Shown here in pieces: positions 26,701 to 36,390 of a stretch of 37,525 nucleotides of DNA. Position 1 is the stretch's first letter, and every line of letters starts with the position of its first letter. Position numbers and translations under genes: made by a program. The stretch lies in IMG/VR virus record IMGVR_UViG_3300017913_002411, positions 1 through 37,525 of that record; one strand, given 5' to 3'. Source of the stretch: a virus (taxonomy: Duplodnaviria; Caudoviricetes). Below the pieces are notes generated by a model. That model saw only the letters and a program-made list of their open reading frames with translations, was not told the DNA's origin and did no database searches.

Positions 26701-29700
26701 AGTATGTACCGTGTTGACCATCAAGAGTATCAGCATCGATATTCAATGCATCGATGTTTGTCTTATTCTGTACAGGAATAGTTGGCTTGCTAGTAACGTT
26801 ATTCCAATCAAGATAATAACTTGCTGACTCACCATTCATCGTTTCGGCGTCTACAGCACCGAGAGCATTGATGAAGCCAACGTTGACATGACTATCGATG
26901 ATGGCAACGACTGTGCTCGAATCTGTGCCTGCTTCTGCATCTGTGCGTGCATTGATATATGCAGAGTCAATAGTCTCTGTAATCAATGTGATTGTAGTGG
27001 CAGAATCTGTTCCAGCCTCTGTGCGCGCATTGATATAAGCAGAGTCAATGATGTTCGTTACAAAGCCAGAGTCTCTTTGTCTATCTCTTAGTTGAATATA
27101 TGCAGAATCAACTGTAGCTTGAATAAGTGATATAGTCGCAGCTGAGTCTGTGCCTGCTTCTGTGCGTGCATTGATATATGCGCTATCAATTAAACCAGTC
27201 ACATTGTCTGAATCAATGATATTTGGTGTACCAGTTAAGCTTGAGTAAGCAAAGTCTTGACGAGCTTGTACATAAGCTGTATCGATCAAGCCACTGATGA
27301 AAGATGAATCAACGAGAGCAGTATGAACGTTAGACGCAAGTATCCTTACCAAGTTTCCTTGGCTATCAACCATTCTAAAATCATCTCCATCGCGGTGTAT
27401 CTGTGCACCACCAAGATAGAGAGAATTTCCTGAAAGGTAAAGATCACGCCATTTCTGAGTAGATGAACCGAGATCATATGTGCTATCAGCAGCAGGTAGT
27501 ATATGTCTACCTACAGCACCGAGTTCTTCAGCAATATCAGAATCAACTCGAGCTTTCGTATAGTAAAGGTTATCGCCTTCTGAAAGATTTGTAGTAGAAT
27601 GGTTTGATATGTCGCTCACAGTACCAGTAACATTACCAGTCACATTACCTGTTAAGTTACCTTCGAAGGTATTTGCGACCATCGTTCCCAGTTCAAAAGA
27701 TGGATCTGAGGTATTGATGTTGCCTTCTACTTCGGGATCATACTTATTGAATACCTTAAACTTTTGATCAGATGCATCACGGAAGAAACCAGCATGAGAG
27801 TAAGGTTGATCTGGTAAATTGTAGTTACCAACTATGCCAAGATCTTGATTGACTGGAGAAGCTAAACCATACCAATAATCACCAGAGTCATGACCACCTG
27901 TAGTTTCAAAAGTAATTTTTAGATTATGTCTTAATGGCAGAAGTGTACGATCTTCTGATAGATCAAGTGTAGCTTGACCACCATCAGAATCGAAGTTGAT
28001 ACGAGTAGACGTACCGTTATCAAAAGCTCCTGCTGAATCACCTTCATGTAGTCTAATTAGATCACCGCCATTGGCAGAATCGGCATCATGAATAACTACA
28101 AAATAATAGGTGTCAGAATCTCCTTCATAGTAATCTTTAATCGAAGCATCATTAGTTCCATTGCCATCAAAAAGTGTTGTGACAGTATCACCAGCACCGA
28201 TATAAATGAAGTTATCTGTAACTTGTAGATTCTGTACTTTAGTAACTGTTTCTGTACCTAAAATATTTAAGTTACCTGCTACAGTCAAGTCAGCATCAAA
28301 TCTACTATTACCATCGACGCGAATGCCTTCAAAGACTTCGGCTTTTGGATTAACTTGAATACAACCGCCGACATTACCGCCACCTGCAGAGTCTGCAACT
28401 AAGACTGTACCAACTTCAAATGGATAGTTGGGAAATTGCGGTTGAGTATTAGTTAATTCACCTGCAGAATCAAAAGATACGTGAACAATATCGCCTGGAT
28501 TAAATGCTGCGGTGTTCAATCCACCATAAAGACCTCGCATAGTAACAAAGCCAAAAGCTCCATCTGCGATAGAATGGGAAGTAAGACCAATTGTCGTGTA
28601 TACTGTAGTAAAGTTATCTGCTTTTGCAAGAGCGATAGTTGGGAAATCGTTAGCAGCTCCAGTTACATAAACTGCTTTTCCTTTAGCGATAGTTGTACCA
28701 GTATTATTGTATACTCTGACTACTTCATCTTGACCGATCTTGATATTGATTGATGCGTTTGAATATGTAAGAGCATCTGGACCTTGGAAATAAAATAAGT
28801 TACCTTCTGCAAAGGTCGGTAGATTATTCGGTACATCTACATCAGTGAAAGTATTGGTTTCGAACTTTAGCTTTGTAATATCACCTGAATCTGCAACTAC
28901 TCGGTTGATCGTGATTGTTGAGTTCGAATCTACGTTGATAGTACCAGTCGATGTATCATACTCGATACCAGTCCCACCAGCTATCTTGCCTCTTACAGCG
29001 GTAGCAAAGTCTGTAGCTATTGCATAGTTTGAATCATTACCAAGGAAGAACTGATCGTTATCAAGGTTTGGTGTAGCGTTTGTACGACCTGCACCACCAA
29101 CTTTTATAGAACCAGCTGATGCATGTGATCTAATTACACGACCAATATTTTGTAAGAGATTTCCTTCTCCAGCAGGTTTTACATTTGTAAGTTCACCTGC
29201 CGTAGCAGAAACATAAAGCGTATCTCCAGCATTAAACGCTGAGGTATCTAGATTATAGAGAGTACCAAATGTGAAGACGATAGTATTTGAGTTATCGTTT
29301 GCGTCTTCTGATACAATACCAAATGCAGGCATCTTTGCAGGATCACTCGCATCGGCTTTAGCGACTGTAGGTTTATTGCCGCTTACACCTTTGATATAAA
29401 CTACAGTACCTTTTGTGAGAGTAGATCCTTCATCATTCTTTGCAGTAAACTCAATTGCACCATTCAAATCTGCAGTTACGGTATTAAATGTTACATCTGA
29501 TGTTGTTAATAAATCTTGATCAGTCTTTACACGTTGTCTTACATAAGCACTATCAACAAGAGTCTCTACACCAGCTGAATCAATAGTAGAACCAATACGT
29601 GCTCTTACAAAAGCTGAATCAATAAGTGATATTACGCCAGCAGAATCTTGGAAGCGATCCCGTAGTTGAATATATGCAGAGTCAACCAGATTTGTAATAA

Positions 29701-31237
29701 GATCAGAGTCAATACCTTCATCACCAATAATCTTTACAACAGCAGCAGAGTCAACATAGTCTGTACCAAACTTTGGAATGTTTGCATCAAAGTAAGCTGA
29801 GTCAATAGTTGATCCAATACGCGCTCTTACATATGCTGAGTCAATAAGAGTCTCTGCATCAGAGCTGTCAAAGAAATCTGGTAAGTCTGTAAGAGATGTA
29901 TAGCTAAAGTCTTGTGTAGTTTGTCTTGCTTGAACATATGCAGAATCAATAAGAGTTTCTGCATCCAAACTATCAAAGAAGTCTGGCAGATCTGTTAATG
30001 AAGTATAACTAAAGTCTTGTGCTGTCTGCCTTGCTTGAACATATGCAGAATCAACATCGTTTAATATAATTGCACTCACTGTAGAGGAATCTGTACCAGC
30101 AGCTACACGAGCATTGATATAAGCAGAATCAATAAGTGTTTCTACACCAACTGAATCAATTGTTGAACCAATACGGTCGCGAACATACTGAGAGTCTACA
30201 ACATATGTTACAGTTTCAGAATCTAAGAAGTCTGATGTGTTGTATGTTGTCTGACGAGCTTTTACATATGCACCATTAACAACAAATGTTACTGTATTTG
30301 AATCGAGGAAGTCAGAGGTGTTATACTTCTGTTGTCTTAATCTAACATATGCTGAATCAACTACTAGATCTACAGTGTCTGAATCTAAGAAGTCTGATGT
30401 ATTATATACAATCTGTCTATCACGAATAAAGTTTGAATCAATTGCAGCATAAGCACCAGCTGTATCAATATAGTTCTGATCATTCTCAAACGTACTGATT
30501 GGTAGACCAAGAACATATGCTGAATCAACAAAGTCTGATGTGTTATATTTCTTTTGACGCAACTGTACATGAGCTGAGTCAATAATATTAACTACATCAA
30601 TATTATCAAGAATAGTTGGCTTCTCAGTAACATTATTCCACGACAGATAGTATGCTGGATCTTGACCACCAAACCGATATGCTTCAGTAGCTACTGCAGC
30701 TGAATCACCAAACCGGGCTATAATGTGAGCTGAGTCAATTAACTGAATGATCTCTGATGAATCAAGGGTGAACCTTGTAATCATTGCTGAGTCAAGGATA
30801 GTCGGAGTGTTTGTAAAGTTATCGTAATCTAAGTAATAGTCAGCACTCTCACCATTTAATGTTTCTGCATCAATGGTAAAGCTATTTGTAAATGCTTCAT
30901 CAATCTTGTTACGAATATAATCTGAATCGATGAAGTCTTTGATCTCAGCAGAATCAAGAATAGTAGAAAGATCAAGACGAGCATTAACATATGCGGAGTC
31001 AATAATCTGAAATACTTCATCGGAATCAAGTTGTGCTTGAGCAACAGTATCAATTCTATCAATAAGGTTTTGTACAGCACCAGAGTCAATGAATGCTACA
31101 ATATCATTATTAGCATCTTTGAAATATAGTTTACGGTCGCGATAGTTAAGCGCGAGTTCACCGTAATTGAGATCACTATCGGTAGGGATCTTACCGGCAA
31201 CATCTGATCTTTTAAGTAATATTCTTGGATTTGCCAT
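23744..31237 (-). CDS. Giant (2497 aa) repetitive tail-fibre-like virion protein
   Basis: N-terminal ILLKRS.VAGK.P....L.YGELA.NY.D.KLY fibre anchor; DA.TL.G....YYL and L.EG..NLYYT.ARV fibre motifs; internal cupredoxin motif; six C-terminal repeats; about 85 DS motifs. Confidence 0.85.
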   Translation of the reverse strand: MANPRILLKRSDVAGKIPTDSDLNYGELALNYRDRKLYFKDANNDIVAFIDSGAVQNLIDRIDTVAQAQLDSDEVFQIIDSAYVNARLDLSTILDSAEIKDFIDSDYIRNKIDEAFTNSFTIDAETLNGESADYYLDYDNFTNTPTILDSAMITRFTLDSSEIIQLIDSAHIIARFGDSAAVATEAYRFGGQDPAYYLSWNNVTEKPTILDNIDVVNIIDSAHVQLRQKKYNTSDFVDSAYVLGLPISTFENDQNYIDTAGAYAAIDSNFIRDRQIVYNTSDFLDSDTVDLVVDSAYVRLRQQKYNTSDFLDSNTVTFVVNGAYVKARQTTYNTSDFLDSETVTYVVDSQYVRDRIGSTIDSVGVETLIDSAYINARVAAGTDSSTVSAIILNDVDSAYVQARQTAQDFSYTSLTDLPDFFDSLDAETLIDSAYVQARQTTQDFSYTSLTDLPDFFDSSDAETLIDSAYVRARIGSTIDSAYFDANIPKFGTDYVDSAAVVKIIGDEGIDSDLITNLVDSAYIQLRDRFQDSAGVISLIDSAFVRARIGSTIDSAGVETLVDSAYVRQRVKTDQDLLTTSDVTFNTVTADLNGAIEFTAKNDEGSTLTKGTVVYIKGVSGNKPTVAKADASDPAKMPAFGIVSEDANDNSNTIVFTFGTLYNLDTSAFNAGDTLYVSATAGELTNVKPAGEGNLLQNIGRVIRSHASAGSIKVGGAGRTNATPNLDNDQFFLGNDSNYAIATDFATAVRGKIAGGTGIEYDTSTGTINVDSNSTITINRVVADSGDITKLKFETNTFTDVDVPNNLPTFAEGNLFYFQGPDALTYSNASINIKIGQDEVVRVYNNTGTTIAKGKAVYVTGAANDFPTIALAKADNFTTVYTTIGLTSHSIADGAFGFVTMRGLYGGLNTAAFNPGDIVHVSFDSAGELTNTQPQFPNYPFEVGTVLVADSAGGGNVGGCIQVNPKAEVFEGIRVDGNSRFDADLTVAGNLNILGTETVTKVQNLQVTDNFIYIGAGDTVTTLFDGNGTNDASIKDYYEGDSDTYYFVVIHDADSANGGDLIRLHEGDSAGAFDNGTSTRINFDSDGGQATLDLSEDRTLLPLRHNLKITFETTGGHDSGDYWYGLASPVNQDLGIVGNYNLPDQPYSHAGFFRDASDQKFKVFNKYDPEVEGNINTSDPSFELGTMVANTFEGNLTGNVTGNVTGTVSDISNHSTTNLSEGDNLYYTKARVDSDIAEELGAVGRHILPAADSTYDLGSSTQKWRDLYLSGNSLYLGGAQIHRDGDDFRMVDSQGNLVRILASNVHTALVDSSFISGLIDTAYVQARQDFAYSSLTGTPNIIDSDNVTGLIDSAYINARTEAGTDSAATISLIQATVDSAYIQLRDRQRDSGFVTNIIDSAYINARTEAGTDSATTITLITETIDSAYINARTDAEAGTDSSTVVAIIDSHVNVGFINALGAVDAETMNGESASYYLDWNNVTSKPTIPVQNKTNIDALNIDADTLDGQHGTYYLNYSNFTGTPNVLDSSEVKNIFNENGDNQLETERVVGLEYLEFLHDSDVTTFLVEVSTKTQAHRYEGTGSTNGYVIRNQEAPMLQLVPGNKYRFDQSNGTNAGHPIAFYYDAAKTTQYSASVTTNGVAGQAGAYTEIEVTDMTPQVLHYQCTAHGYMGNAVFVMSRNLTGFDTDDLTEGSTNLYYTNARVTAHVDSDYVAQRQDYSWSNITGVPKLIDSALVTQLIDSAYISARESGTGTGAGGLDSDAVFAIIDSAYIQAREAISGSGANVAYKTISISGQDDIVAATATDTLTFEAGTNITLATDAATKTVTINSSGGGGGGVADGLTLKKFTFTADSGQITFTDSDDNGQVLSYNKAGVDINVYLNGVLLVDSDDFTKTDSSTVTLIDSAALGDNITIVKFTPPEAAAEGVDSAATITLIRQEVDSDYIQARQSVLARGTLEVNKYFFEADQGDTVFSGADKFGNTFLVDPDNTEVYINGILQELTTDYTIVDSNVTFTEALDSGYSVSVIETVGRVVKKTTLAQTTFQFTADSGQTVFSGTDDESLTMDLSSGVVEVYLNGILLSPLNDFTREGNAITLTDAADSADLLSVVNTKGTLVSSLNVAVTKITDATGTTLNKAGFRYVAGSIQVFKNGELLAETTDYTATDGTNINLTVAAVSSDVFLIQQFSGAKDLKTVQYQFLADSGQRTFTGEDRRGDTLTYASNATTVVYVNGIALQDSDDYTATNGYEVTLTTGAALNDDIKILSYVPADLSKVASPLRVTNFEFTADSGQATFSGADDNSETLSYSVGRLNVFLNGILLQKTDFTATTGTSIVLTEAADSGDVLTAIKYTGNNIGVDSATVLSLIDEDYIINNGGGGTVDSAGVFAIIDSDYIQARQTQAVDWVELSTNIELDSNSRNIINTTNAAINLILPPGPALGDEIRVIDGTGNAGQYNITIERNGENIMGADSDLIIDIDEAAIGLVYYNTARGWILIEN
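24190..25710 (-). repeat. Six approximately 75-aa beta-rich repeats in the giant fibre (one degenerate)
   Basis: Consensus F.F.ADSGQ..F.G.D.....L.Y.....V[YF].NG.LL....D[YF]T......[IV]TL...A...D.[IL]; boundaries approximate. Confidence 0.8.
29831..30052 (-). repeat. 105-nt (35-aa) tandem duplication inside the giant fibre gene
   Basis: DSAYVQARQT[AT]QDFSYTSLTDLPDFFDS[LS]DAETLI occurs twice. DSAY codons at 30041-30052, 29936-29947 and 29831-29842 are spaced by exactly 105 nt. Confidence 0.9.
30220..30550 (-). repeat. Four YNTSDF[LV]DS peptide repeats, three of them at 81-nt (27-aa) spacing
   Basis: Visible in the translation: RQ..YNTSDFLDS.TV..VVDS.YV. Confidence 0.8.
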
Positions 31238-33000
31238 TAGTAAACACCACCGTCAAAGTTTGATAATTCTACTACACCGTTAGTTACTACAAAGAAGTCT
31301 GAATCAAAAGCTGCAACTCCTTTGTTTGATGTTGTTGCAATTTCTGCTGTTACTGTGATAGAGTTGTCTGGAACATATGTGATATCTATACCTTCACCAG
31401 CAGCAAAAGTATTACCGACATATGAATCAACTCTGTTGTTTGTATAGTAGAGATTTGTACCCTCACTTACATCTGTAGTTGATTTTTCTGTAAACTTAGT
31501 ATCAATAAGAGTATTAACACGAGCCGCTGTATGGAATAGATTTGAATCACCTTCTACCATACTATCCGTGTTAACTGTATCAGTAGACGATATTGATAAT
31601 GATCCAGCATCACTATCATAATTCAAACTTACATTTGTACCAGCTTGGATTAAGTTTGACACTCTTGTGTTTGTATAATATAGATGACCTGAGCCTTCAG
31701 CTAAATTGTCTGTAGTTGATAAATTTAAATCTGAATCAAAGTTTGCTTGAGTATATACTTGCTCAACATCAATAGAGAATGTACCTGTGCTGACATCATA
31801 TGATATATCACCACCACCAGCAAACAATGAACGAACAGAATCTTCTGTGACTCCAGAATATAAGAACTGGCCAGTTGCAGAGTCATATGAGAATGCACCA
31901 AGCTCACTACTATCTCTTACTGATAAAGCGTTACGAGCTCTTGCATTGGTAAAGTATAAGTTTGTGCTACCTTCACCCAAACTATCTGTAGTCTTCTGAG
32001 CAAAGTCGGAATCAAAACCAAGGTAGGTTGCACCTTCAATGTTACCTTGGATCTCAACATTACCTTCAATAGTAAGGTTAGGTGCAACAAGTTTCTTATT
32101 TAGATTCCATGTATCTGTTGGTGCATCATAAAAGATGTTTGCATTGGCACCCTCGACGTGGATACCTGCTGAGTCGGCAGCGGCTGCATTTGCTGCGCCA
32201 GCTGCTAGTGTAATATTCTTATCATCAATCTCAAGTTGAGTTGAGTTGATAGTTGTTGTGGTACCATTAACTTGTAGATTTGAATGTACAATAACTGTAC
32301 CAGATGCAGCTTGTAACTCAAGGTTACCTGATGTTGATTGCATCAGTTGACCATTAAGTTCTAAGTTGTCAACGGTTAGTCTTGAAAGACCTAAGATATC
32401 AGAATCAAGATCTACATCAACCCGTACAGAGTTATCACCTTGATCCACACGACGTGTGTTAGCATTCCAGCCACCACCAATTGTAATTGTCTTACCAGTC
32501 TGAACATTACCTGTACCAAGTGTGTTAACATCACCGCTAACAAAAATAATGTCCTTTTGATCAACATAGTTTTTGGTAGCAGCATCTTGTGCTTCTGTAG
32601 GATCAACTACATTACTAATTGTTGATGTACTGACATCTACAACATCATTATTTGGGTTAAGTGTAATGTTGCCAGAAGTAGATGATAATGTATTAGCATC
32701 GAGCTTTAAGTTATCAACAATCAACTCGTTGATTGACTTATTAGCATCTGTTATGATAGCAGCGTTTTCGTGAAGCTCGCCTTGAGGATGGTCAAGCATA
32801 TCCATAAAGTACTTACCGCCAATGACGTGTACTTCATTTGCTTTACCGTTTGACTTATTGCCACCAGCACCTATGAAGAGTCGATCGCCACCACCAGAAT
32901 CACCATCAACGTATGAGTAACCAAACTCACCCGTTTTGAATGCATTCATACTAGGAGTGACGAGACCGGTTCTGCTACTGGTTTTTATTACAATTGCCAT
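31237..33000 (-). CDS. Tail-fibre-like virion protein
   Basis: [24 protein letters not shown]...I.DK.I.L, and four T..[LMV].EG..[NH]L[YF].T..R repeats; about 14 DS motifs. Confidence 0.75.
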   Translation of the reverse strand: MAIVIKTSSRTGLVTPSMNAFKTGEFGYSYVDGDSGGGDRLFIGAGGNKSNGKANEVHVIGGKYFMDMLDHPQGELHENAAIITDANKSINELIVDNLKLDANTLSSTSGNITLNPNNDVVDVSTSTISNVVDPTEAQDAATKNYVDQKDIIFVSGDVNTLGTGNVQTGKTITIGGGWNANTRRVDQGDNSVRVDVDLDSDILGLSRLTVDNLELNGQLMQSTSGNLELQAASGTVIVHSNLQVNGTTTTINSTQLEIDDKNITLAAGAANAAAADSAGIHVEGANANIFYDAPTDTWNLNKKLVAPNLTIEGNVEIQGNIEGATYLGFDSDFAQKTTDSLGEGSTNLYFTNARARNALSVRDSSELGAFSYDSATGQFLYSGVTEDSVRSLFAGGGDISYDVSTGTFSIDVEQVYTQANFDSDLNLSTTDNLAEGSGHLYYTNTRVSNLIQAGTNVSLNYDSDAGSLSISSTDTVNTDSMVEGDSNLFHTAARVNTLIDTKFTEKSTTDVSEGTNLYYTNNRVDSYVGNTFAAGEGIDITYVPDNSITVTAEIATTSNKGVAAFDSDFFVVTNGVVELSNFDGGVY

Positions 33001-33260
33001 TAGAAGTCATCTCCTGGTTCGCGTTCACCAGCATAGACTATGACACCTTCAACAACACCTGCAGGCTCAAACTTACCTGTGTCTACATTATAAACAAGAA
33101 GAACTTTATCATCTAGAAGGTCACCAAAGTTAACATCAGTCAGATCGTTAAGACCTTGTGCAGCTGCACCGGTTACTTTACGAACGGGAGTACCAATCGT
33201 AATCTTCTTAACTTGGGTTCTGTTGACTACCTCAACTTTAGTGACAAACGATTGGGTCAT
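33000..33260 (-). CDS. Small hypothetical virion-associated protein
   Basis: Has an L.DL.DV....L.D..LLVY....GKF motif typical of phage fibre segments; coupled to both neighbours. Confidence 0.6.
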   Translation of the reverse strand: MTQSFVTKVEVVNRTQVKKITIGTPVRKVTGAAAQGLNDLTDVNFGDLLDDKVLLVYNVDTGKFEPAGVVEGVIVYAGEREPGDDF

Positions 33261-33604
33261 GTGGTCACCGATGGGCTAACTCTGATTTTTCCTTCAAGCA
33301 CTCTCTCAACAATTGTAGCAGAATTACTGTCTACATAAGAGATTTCTACATCATAAACATAATTACCAACTTTAAGATCGTCGGTCTGTGCGTTTGTCAA
33401 GGAAAGAGTTATAACACCATCGTTGGGTACGATAGCAATTGCAAAGTCAGTTGTTTCATCTGAATCGGAATTGTAGTTCCGCTTCATCTTTGCAGCTGCT
33501 GAATAGTTATTGAGGTCTTTTGGATTACCGCTATTGTCAACCAATTCTAATTGGATAGCGATGTCCGATCCTTTGTCGATCGTAAATTTTTCGTACTCTG
33601 CCAT
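33257..33604 (-). CDS. Small Ig-like virion adaptor protein
   Basis: ID.G.D...L.L......P.DL..Y.A.A.M......G.ITLSLT..QT..L..G.YVYDVEI....V.RVLEG.I.V.P.VT, a pattern often seen ahead of fibre genes in T4-like phages. Confidence 0.65.
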   Translation of the reverse strand: MAEYEKFTIDKGSDIAIQLELVDNSGNPKDLNNYSAAAKMKRNYNSDSDETTDFAIAIVPNDGVITLSLTNAQTDDLKVGNYVYDVEISYVDSNSATIVERVLEGKIRVSPSVTT

Positions 33605-33647
33605 GTTCCCAATCCGATACTAAGTAACTCGATCATTATATTACGAG

Positions 33648-33655
33648 TATTTATA
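33648..33655 (-). promoter_or_regulatory. T4-type late promoter TATAAATA heading the fibre operon
   Basis: Exact consensus overlapping the stop codon of the upstream glycosyltransferase-like gene. Confidence 0.8.
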
Positions 33656-34328
33656 AGATTGGTTTGTTCTGGGCATGCGTGAAATGAATTAATTTCAAAT
33701 CTGGATGCCAATCACCCATATGAATATAATCATTACCAGTGAGCTCTTTATATCGTTGAGTCATCTTATATTGCCAGTCACGGTGAGTCTGTTCAGTATC
33801 TTCATACATAGACTTCCATCTTGTAAACCAAGCCTTAGGTAATAGTTTGAGGTTGAGCTTTTTGTTTACCTGATCAAATACAAAATACTGTTCACCATTG
33901 ACTGGTCCTTTTGTTATTCCATTCTTGATATAGTATTGTTGCCAGTAATCTACATTTGACATAAACTCATCATAAATGTATCTACAGTCCTTTGGATAGT
34001 ATTTAAAGAACCCTCCATTGATTGTATACTCGGGATTACTATCTCTCCACCAACCTGGCATTGCTAGAAACTCACCACGTTCAATTGGATATTCAAATAC
34101 TTTACGGTAATCATTCTCTAGCAGAACATCAATATCCATAACACATATAGGCTCGTCAATATCTAGTGACATACCATACATCTTATTCCATTGGAGAGTT
34201 ACATCTTCACGGATTGGTTCTCTGACCCATATGAATTTGTAGTCAGGTAGTTTAGATTGTAAGTATTCTTCATATTCAGGACCGTATCTATCTCCGATCC
34301 TAACTGCAACCACCATCATAACAGCCAA
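33651..34328 (-). CDS. Putative GT-A fold glycosyltransferase (nucleotide-diphospho-sugar transferase)
   Basis: N-terminal VAVRIGDRY, WNK, DxD motif MDIDVLL, INGGF, GEQ, and C-terminal IHFTH..NKP, all GT8-like features. The true start may be a Met 3-4 codons downstream. Confidence 0.7.
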   Translation of the reverse strand: MAVMMVVAVRIGDRYGPEYEEYLQSKLPDYKFIWVREPIREDVTLQWNKMYGMSLDIDEPICVMDIDVLLENDYRKVFEYPIERGEFLAMPGWWRDSNPEYTINGGFFKYYPKDCRYIYDEFMSNVDYWQQYYIKNGITKGPVNGEQYFVFDQVNKKLNLKLLPKAWFTRWKSMYEDTEQTHRDWQYKMTQRYKELTGNDYIHMGDWHPDLKLIHFTHAQNKPIL

Positions 34329-35040
34329 AAGCCCATTTCTTTTCGTGACACCAGAAACACTCTTTACAGGGTTCTGAATGATATTTTGTTACTATTGAAT
34401 TCCCAACACAAGAGTATGTCATTGGGAATAATGTATCCATCAGATTGAATTGTTTATATAGACCTGCAATATACTTCTTATCAACATTTACAAACGGTTT
34501 GTAATGTGCATGGCCAGACTCGTGTATCACAAGTCTATCATATTCCTGGTCTCGTCTCGATTCAGCAAAAGGTAATTTAACAGGAGGATTCTTTGTTATA
34601 CCATGTCCAGATAGAGTTACATTATGCTTTTTTCTTATCTTACGTTTATGTGGCTGCTGTGCTACGGCTTTGGCATGGCCATATACTGTAGGAAATATAC
34701 TCTTATCTTCAGCTTCTTCTATTTCTTTTCTAGCCTGAATTATATTATTCAATGCACCAGAGTTAAAGTGGTACGGCTCATGTATAATATCTACATTTGG
34801 AAACTGTTCTCTCATCCAATCTATTATGTCAGATGCATAATGAGCAATCCAAGGGTCTTTTCTATTATTTGTATTGACACCAGTATGGCAAATAATCTTC
34901 TTTTCAGGAATAGCCATACATGCCAAATAAAGATACATTGCTGAGTCGGTTCCACCAGACAGGCCAAGCATAAATCTACTATGTGCACTATGATCCCATT
35001 CAAAGAATTCTAGCTCTTGGCCATCAACATTCAGTATCAT
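34300..35040 (-). CDS. QueC-like PP-loop (adenine nucleotide alpha-hydrolase) protein
   Basis: LGLSGGTDS PP-loop; PF...DK..I; T.SC....PCKECFWC.EK Cys cluster as in QueC. Substrate not established. Confidence 0.7.
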   Translation of the reverse strand: MILNVDGQELEFFEWDHSAHSRFMLGLSGGTDSAMYLYLACMAIPEKKIICHTGVNTNNRKDPWIAHYASDIIDWMREQFPNVDIIHEPYHFNSGALNNIIQARKEIEEAEDKSIFPTVYGHAKAVAQQPHKRKIRKKHNVTLSGHGITKNPPVKLPFAESRRDQEYDRLVIHESGHAHYKPFVNVDKKYIAGLYKQFNLMDTLFPMTYSCVGNSIVTKYHSEPCKECFWCHEKKWAFGCYDGGCS

Positions 35041-35663
35041 TTACCAATCACCATAAATCGTTTCATACCATTACTTAATACTTTTGTTCCCATATATTCA
35101 ACATGCACAATACGAGCTTGATCAGCTAGTTCATCTGGACCAGATACACAATTGATATGATCTCTATAACTCTCATGATCTGTAGATTGTAACACGTATA
35201 ATGGAATATTGTCTAATTGACTTTCAATCTTTTCTCTCATTAGCCAAAAAGGATGCATATGCTCACATGATGTATTTACAACTAGATCAATAGGTCCTTT
35301 GTCCACATGTTGATTAAAAAACTTCTCCATGTGAAGATCTTTTACAGATGATGTAAACTTATCTTTTATATGTCTATTAAATGTTTTACTTATCAAAGCT
35401 GCATATGGATCAGTCTCATAGTTACACATATACTGAGTGTGAGGATTCAGCATATGAGCTAAGAAATGACAATACCAACCACCTACTATTGCAGTATTAG
35501 TAAACTGAGTGTTGAGATTAGTTAATTCATTTCCTAACCATTGTTTACTCTCTAGTTGAGTTGAGGAAAATGAATGCTTTATTCTGTCGACGGCAAAAGG
35601 ATACTTATTCACACATATGTAATAAGTATCAAACCAGTTTGCAATACTTTCTATAGACTCCAT
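35037..35663 (-). CDS. Putative class I SAM-dependent methyltransferase-like protein
   Basis: Q..SK.WL, glycine motif AIVGGWY, acidic YETDP, DLVVNTSCEHM, C-terminal RFMVIG. Confidence 0.6.
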   Translation of the reverse strand: MESIESIANWFDTYYICVNKYPFAVDRIKHSFSSTQLESKQWLGNELTNLNTQFTNTAIVGGWYCHFLAHMLNPHTQYMCNYETDPYAALISKTFNRHIKDKFTSSVKDLHMEKFFNQHVDKGPIDLVVNTSCEHMHPFWLMREKIESQLDNIPLYVLQSTDHESYRDHINCVSGPDELADQARIVHVEYMGTKVLSNGMKRFMVIGK

Positions 35664-36361
35664 ATTGACTTTAACTCTTCAATATCTGTCATCTCTTCTT
35701 CCTCATCAATCCATTCTGAATTATTGAACATACATATTATGTGATCGTTACGAAACTTCTTTGTTTCCATATCGTGTGGAAATATATTACCTTTATACCA
35801 CGAATATGCTACACCTTCTGGAAACCCTTTGAAGAAACCTTCATCCTCGACAAGATCATACCATTTATGAATTAAATAATTATCAAAGCTGTAATATGTG
35901 TATGTAAGATAATCAAAATGTTTATTCAATTGATCAAAGATAGGCTTACATTGGCCCCTATTCCAACGAATAAGAGAGGAATTCCATTTTGTACCTTGGC
36001 CATTTTTACCATAGTTCTTTTTTAAGAACATTGGATTCTGCCATCTACCTTCAACAAGGTATGGCTTTTCCATATCTAGATTCCAGAGAGGTTCTATAGA
36101 ATTGTGAATAAGTACATCTAGATCAAAAAAGATAAACTCGTCACCCTCTACTTGTAGAAGATCTTCGTTCCATAGGTATGCTTTTTCTACAGTGAAACAG
36201 TCATGCGTTGGCCAAATGCTTGGCAGTTTAATATCATATTCGTTTGTAGGATTATCTGTTACACAATAAAAACGATCACATTGATCTTTTACTGTATCGT
36301 AGAGCTTTTGTTCATACCCATTGTATTTGTCACCCCACTTTAAACATAATATAGTTTTCAT
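35651..36361 (-). CDS. Putative GT-A fold glycosyltransferase
   Basis: ILCLKWGDKY, F.C.TD, DxD motif FFDLDVLI, WNSS..RW, YSW, I.MFN; paralogous in pattern to 33651..34328. Confidence 0.72.
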   Translation of the reverse strand: MKTILCLKWGDKYNGYEQKLYDTVKDQCDRFYCVTDNPTNEYDIKLPSIWPTHDCFTVEKAYLWNEDLLQVEGDEFIFFDLDVLIHNSIEPLWNLDMEKPYLVEGRWQNPMFLKKNYGKNGQGTKWNSSLIRWNRGQCKPIFDQLNKHFDYLTYTYYSFDNYLIHKWYDLVEDEGFFKGFPEGVAYSWYKGNIFPHDMETKKFRNDHIICMFNNSEWIDEEEEMTDIEELKSIWSL

Positions 36362-36390
36362 TACATCCCTGGCTCGCCAACTGATAAGTT

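Noticed and set aside
29831-30550. Repeats as a CRISPR array or a diversity-generating retroelement template/variable pair
   Set aside because: Units are in-frame coding duplications with mostly synonymous differences. There are no unique spacers, no adenine-specific pattern and no reverse transcriptase or cas gene.
23744-31237. Very dense GANTC sites (CcrM/HinfI target) as a DNA-level signal
   Set aside because: They follow from Asp-Ser codons (GAY TCN). Many DS use AGY and make no GANTC, and Glu-Ser, which would also create GANTC, is not visibly enriched. A side effect on methylation in an alphaproteobacterial host remains possible.
23744-33000. DS as an acyl-carrier-protein phosphopantetheine site (GxDSL)
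   Set aside because: The residue after Ser is rarely Leu, there is no ACP-like domain context, and no PPTase is visible in the window. Kept only as a minor alternative.
34300-35040. Naming this gene queC of a 7-deazaguanine DNA modification pathway
   Set aside because: Partner genes are absent from the window, so only the fold-level call is supported.
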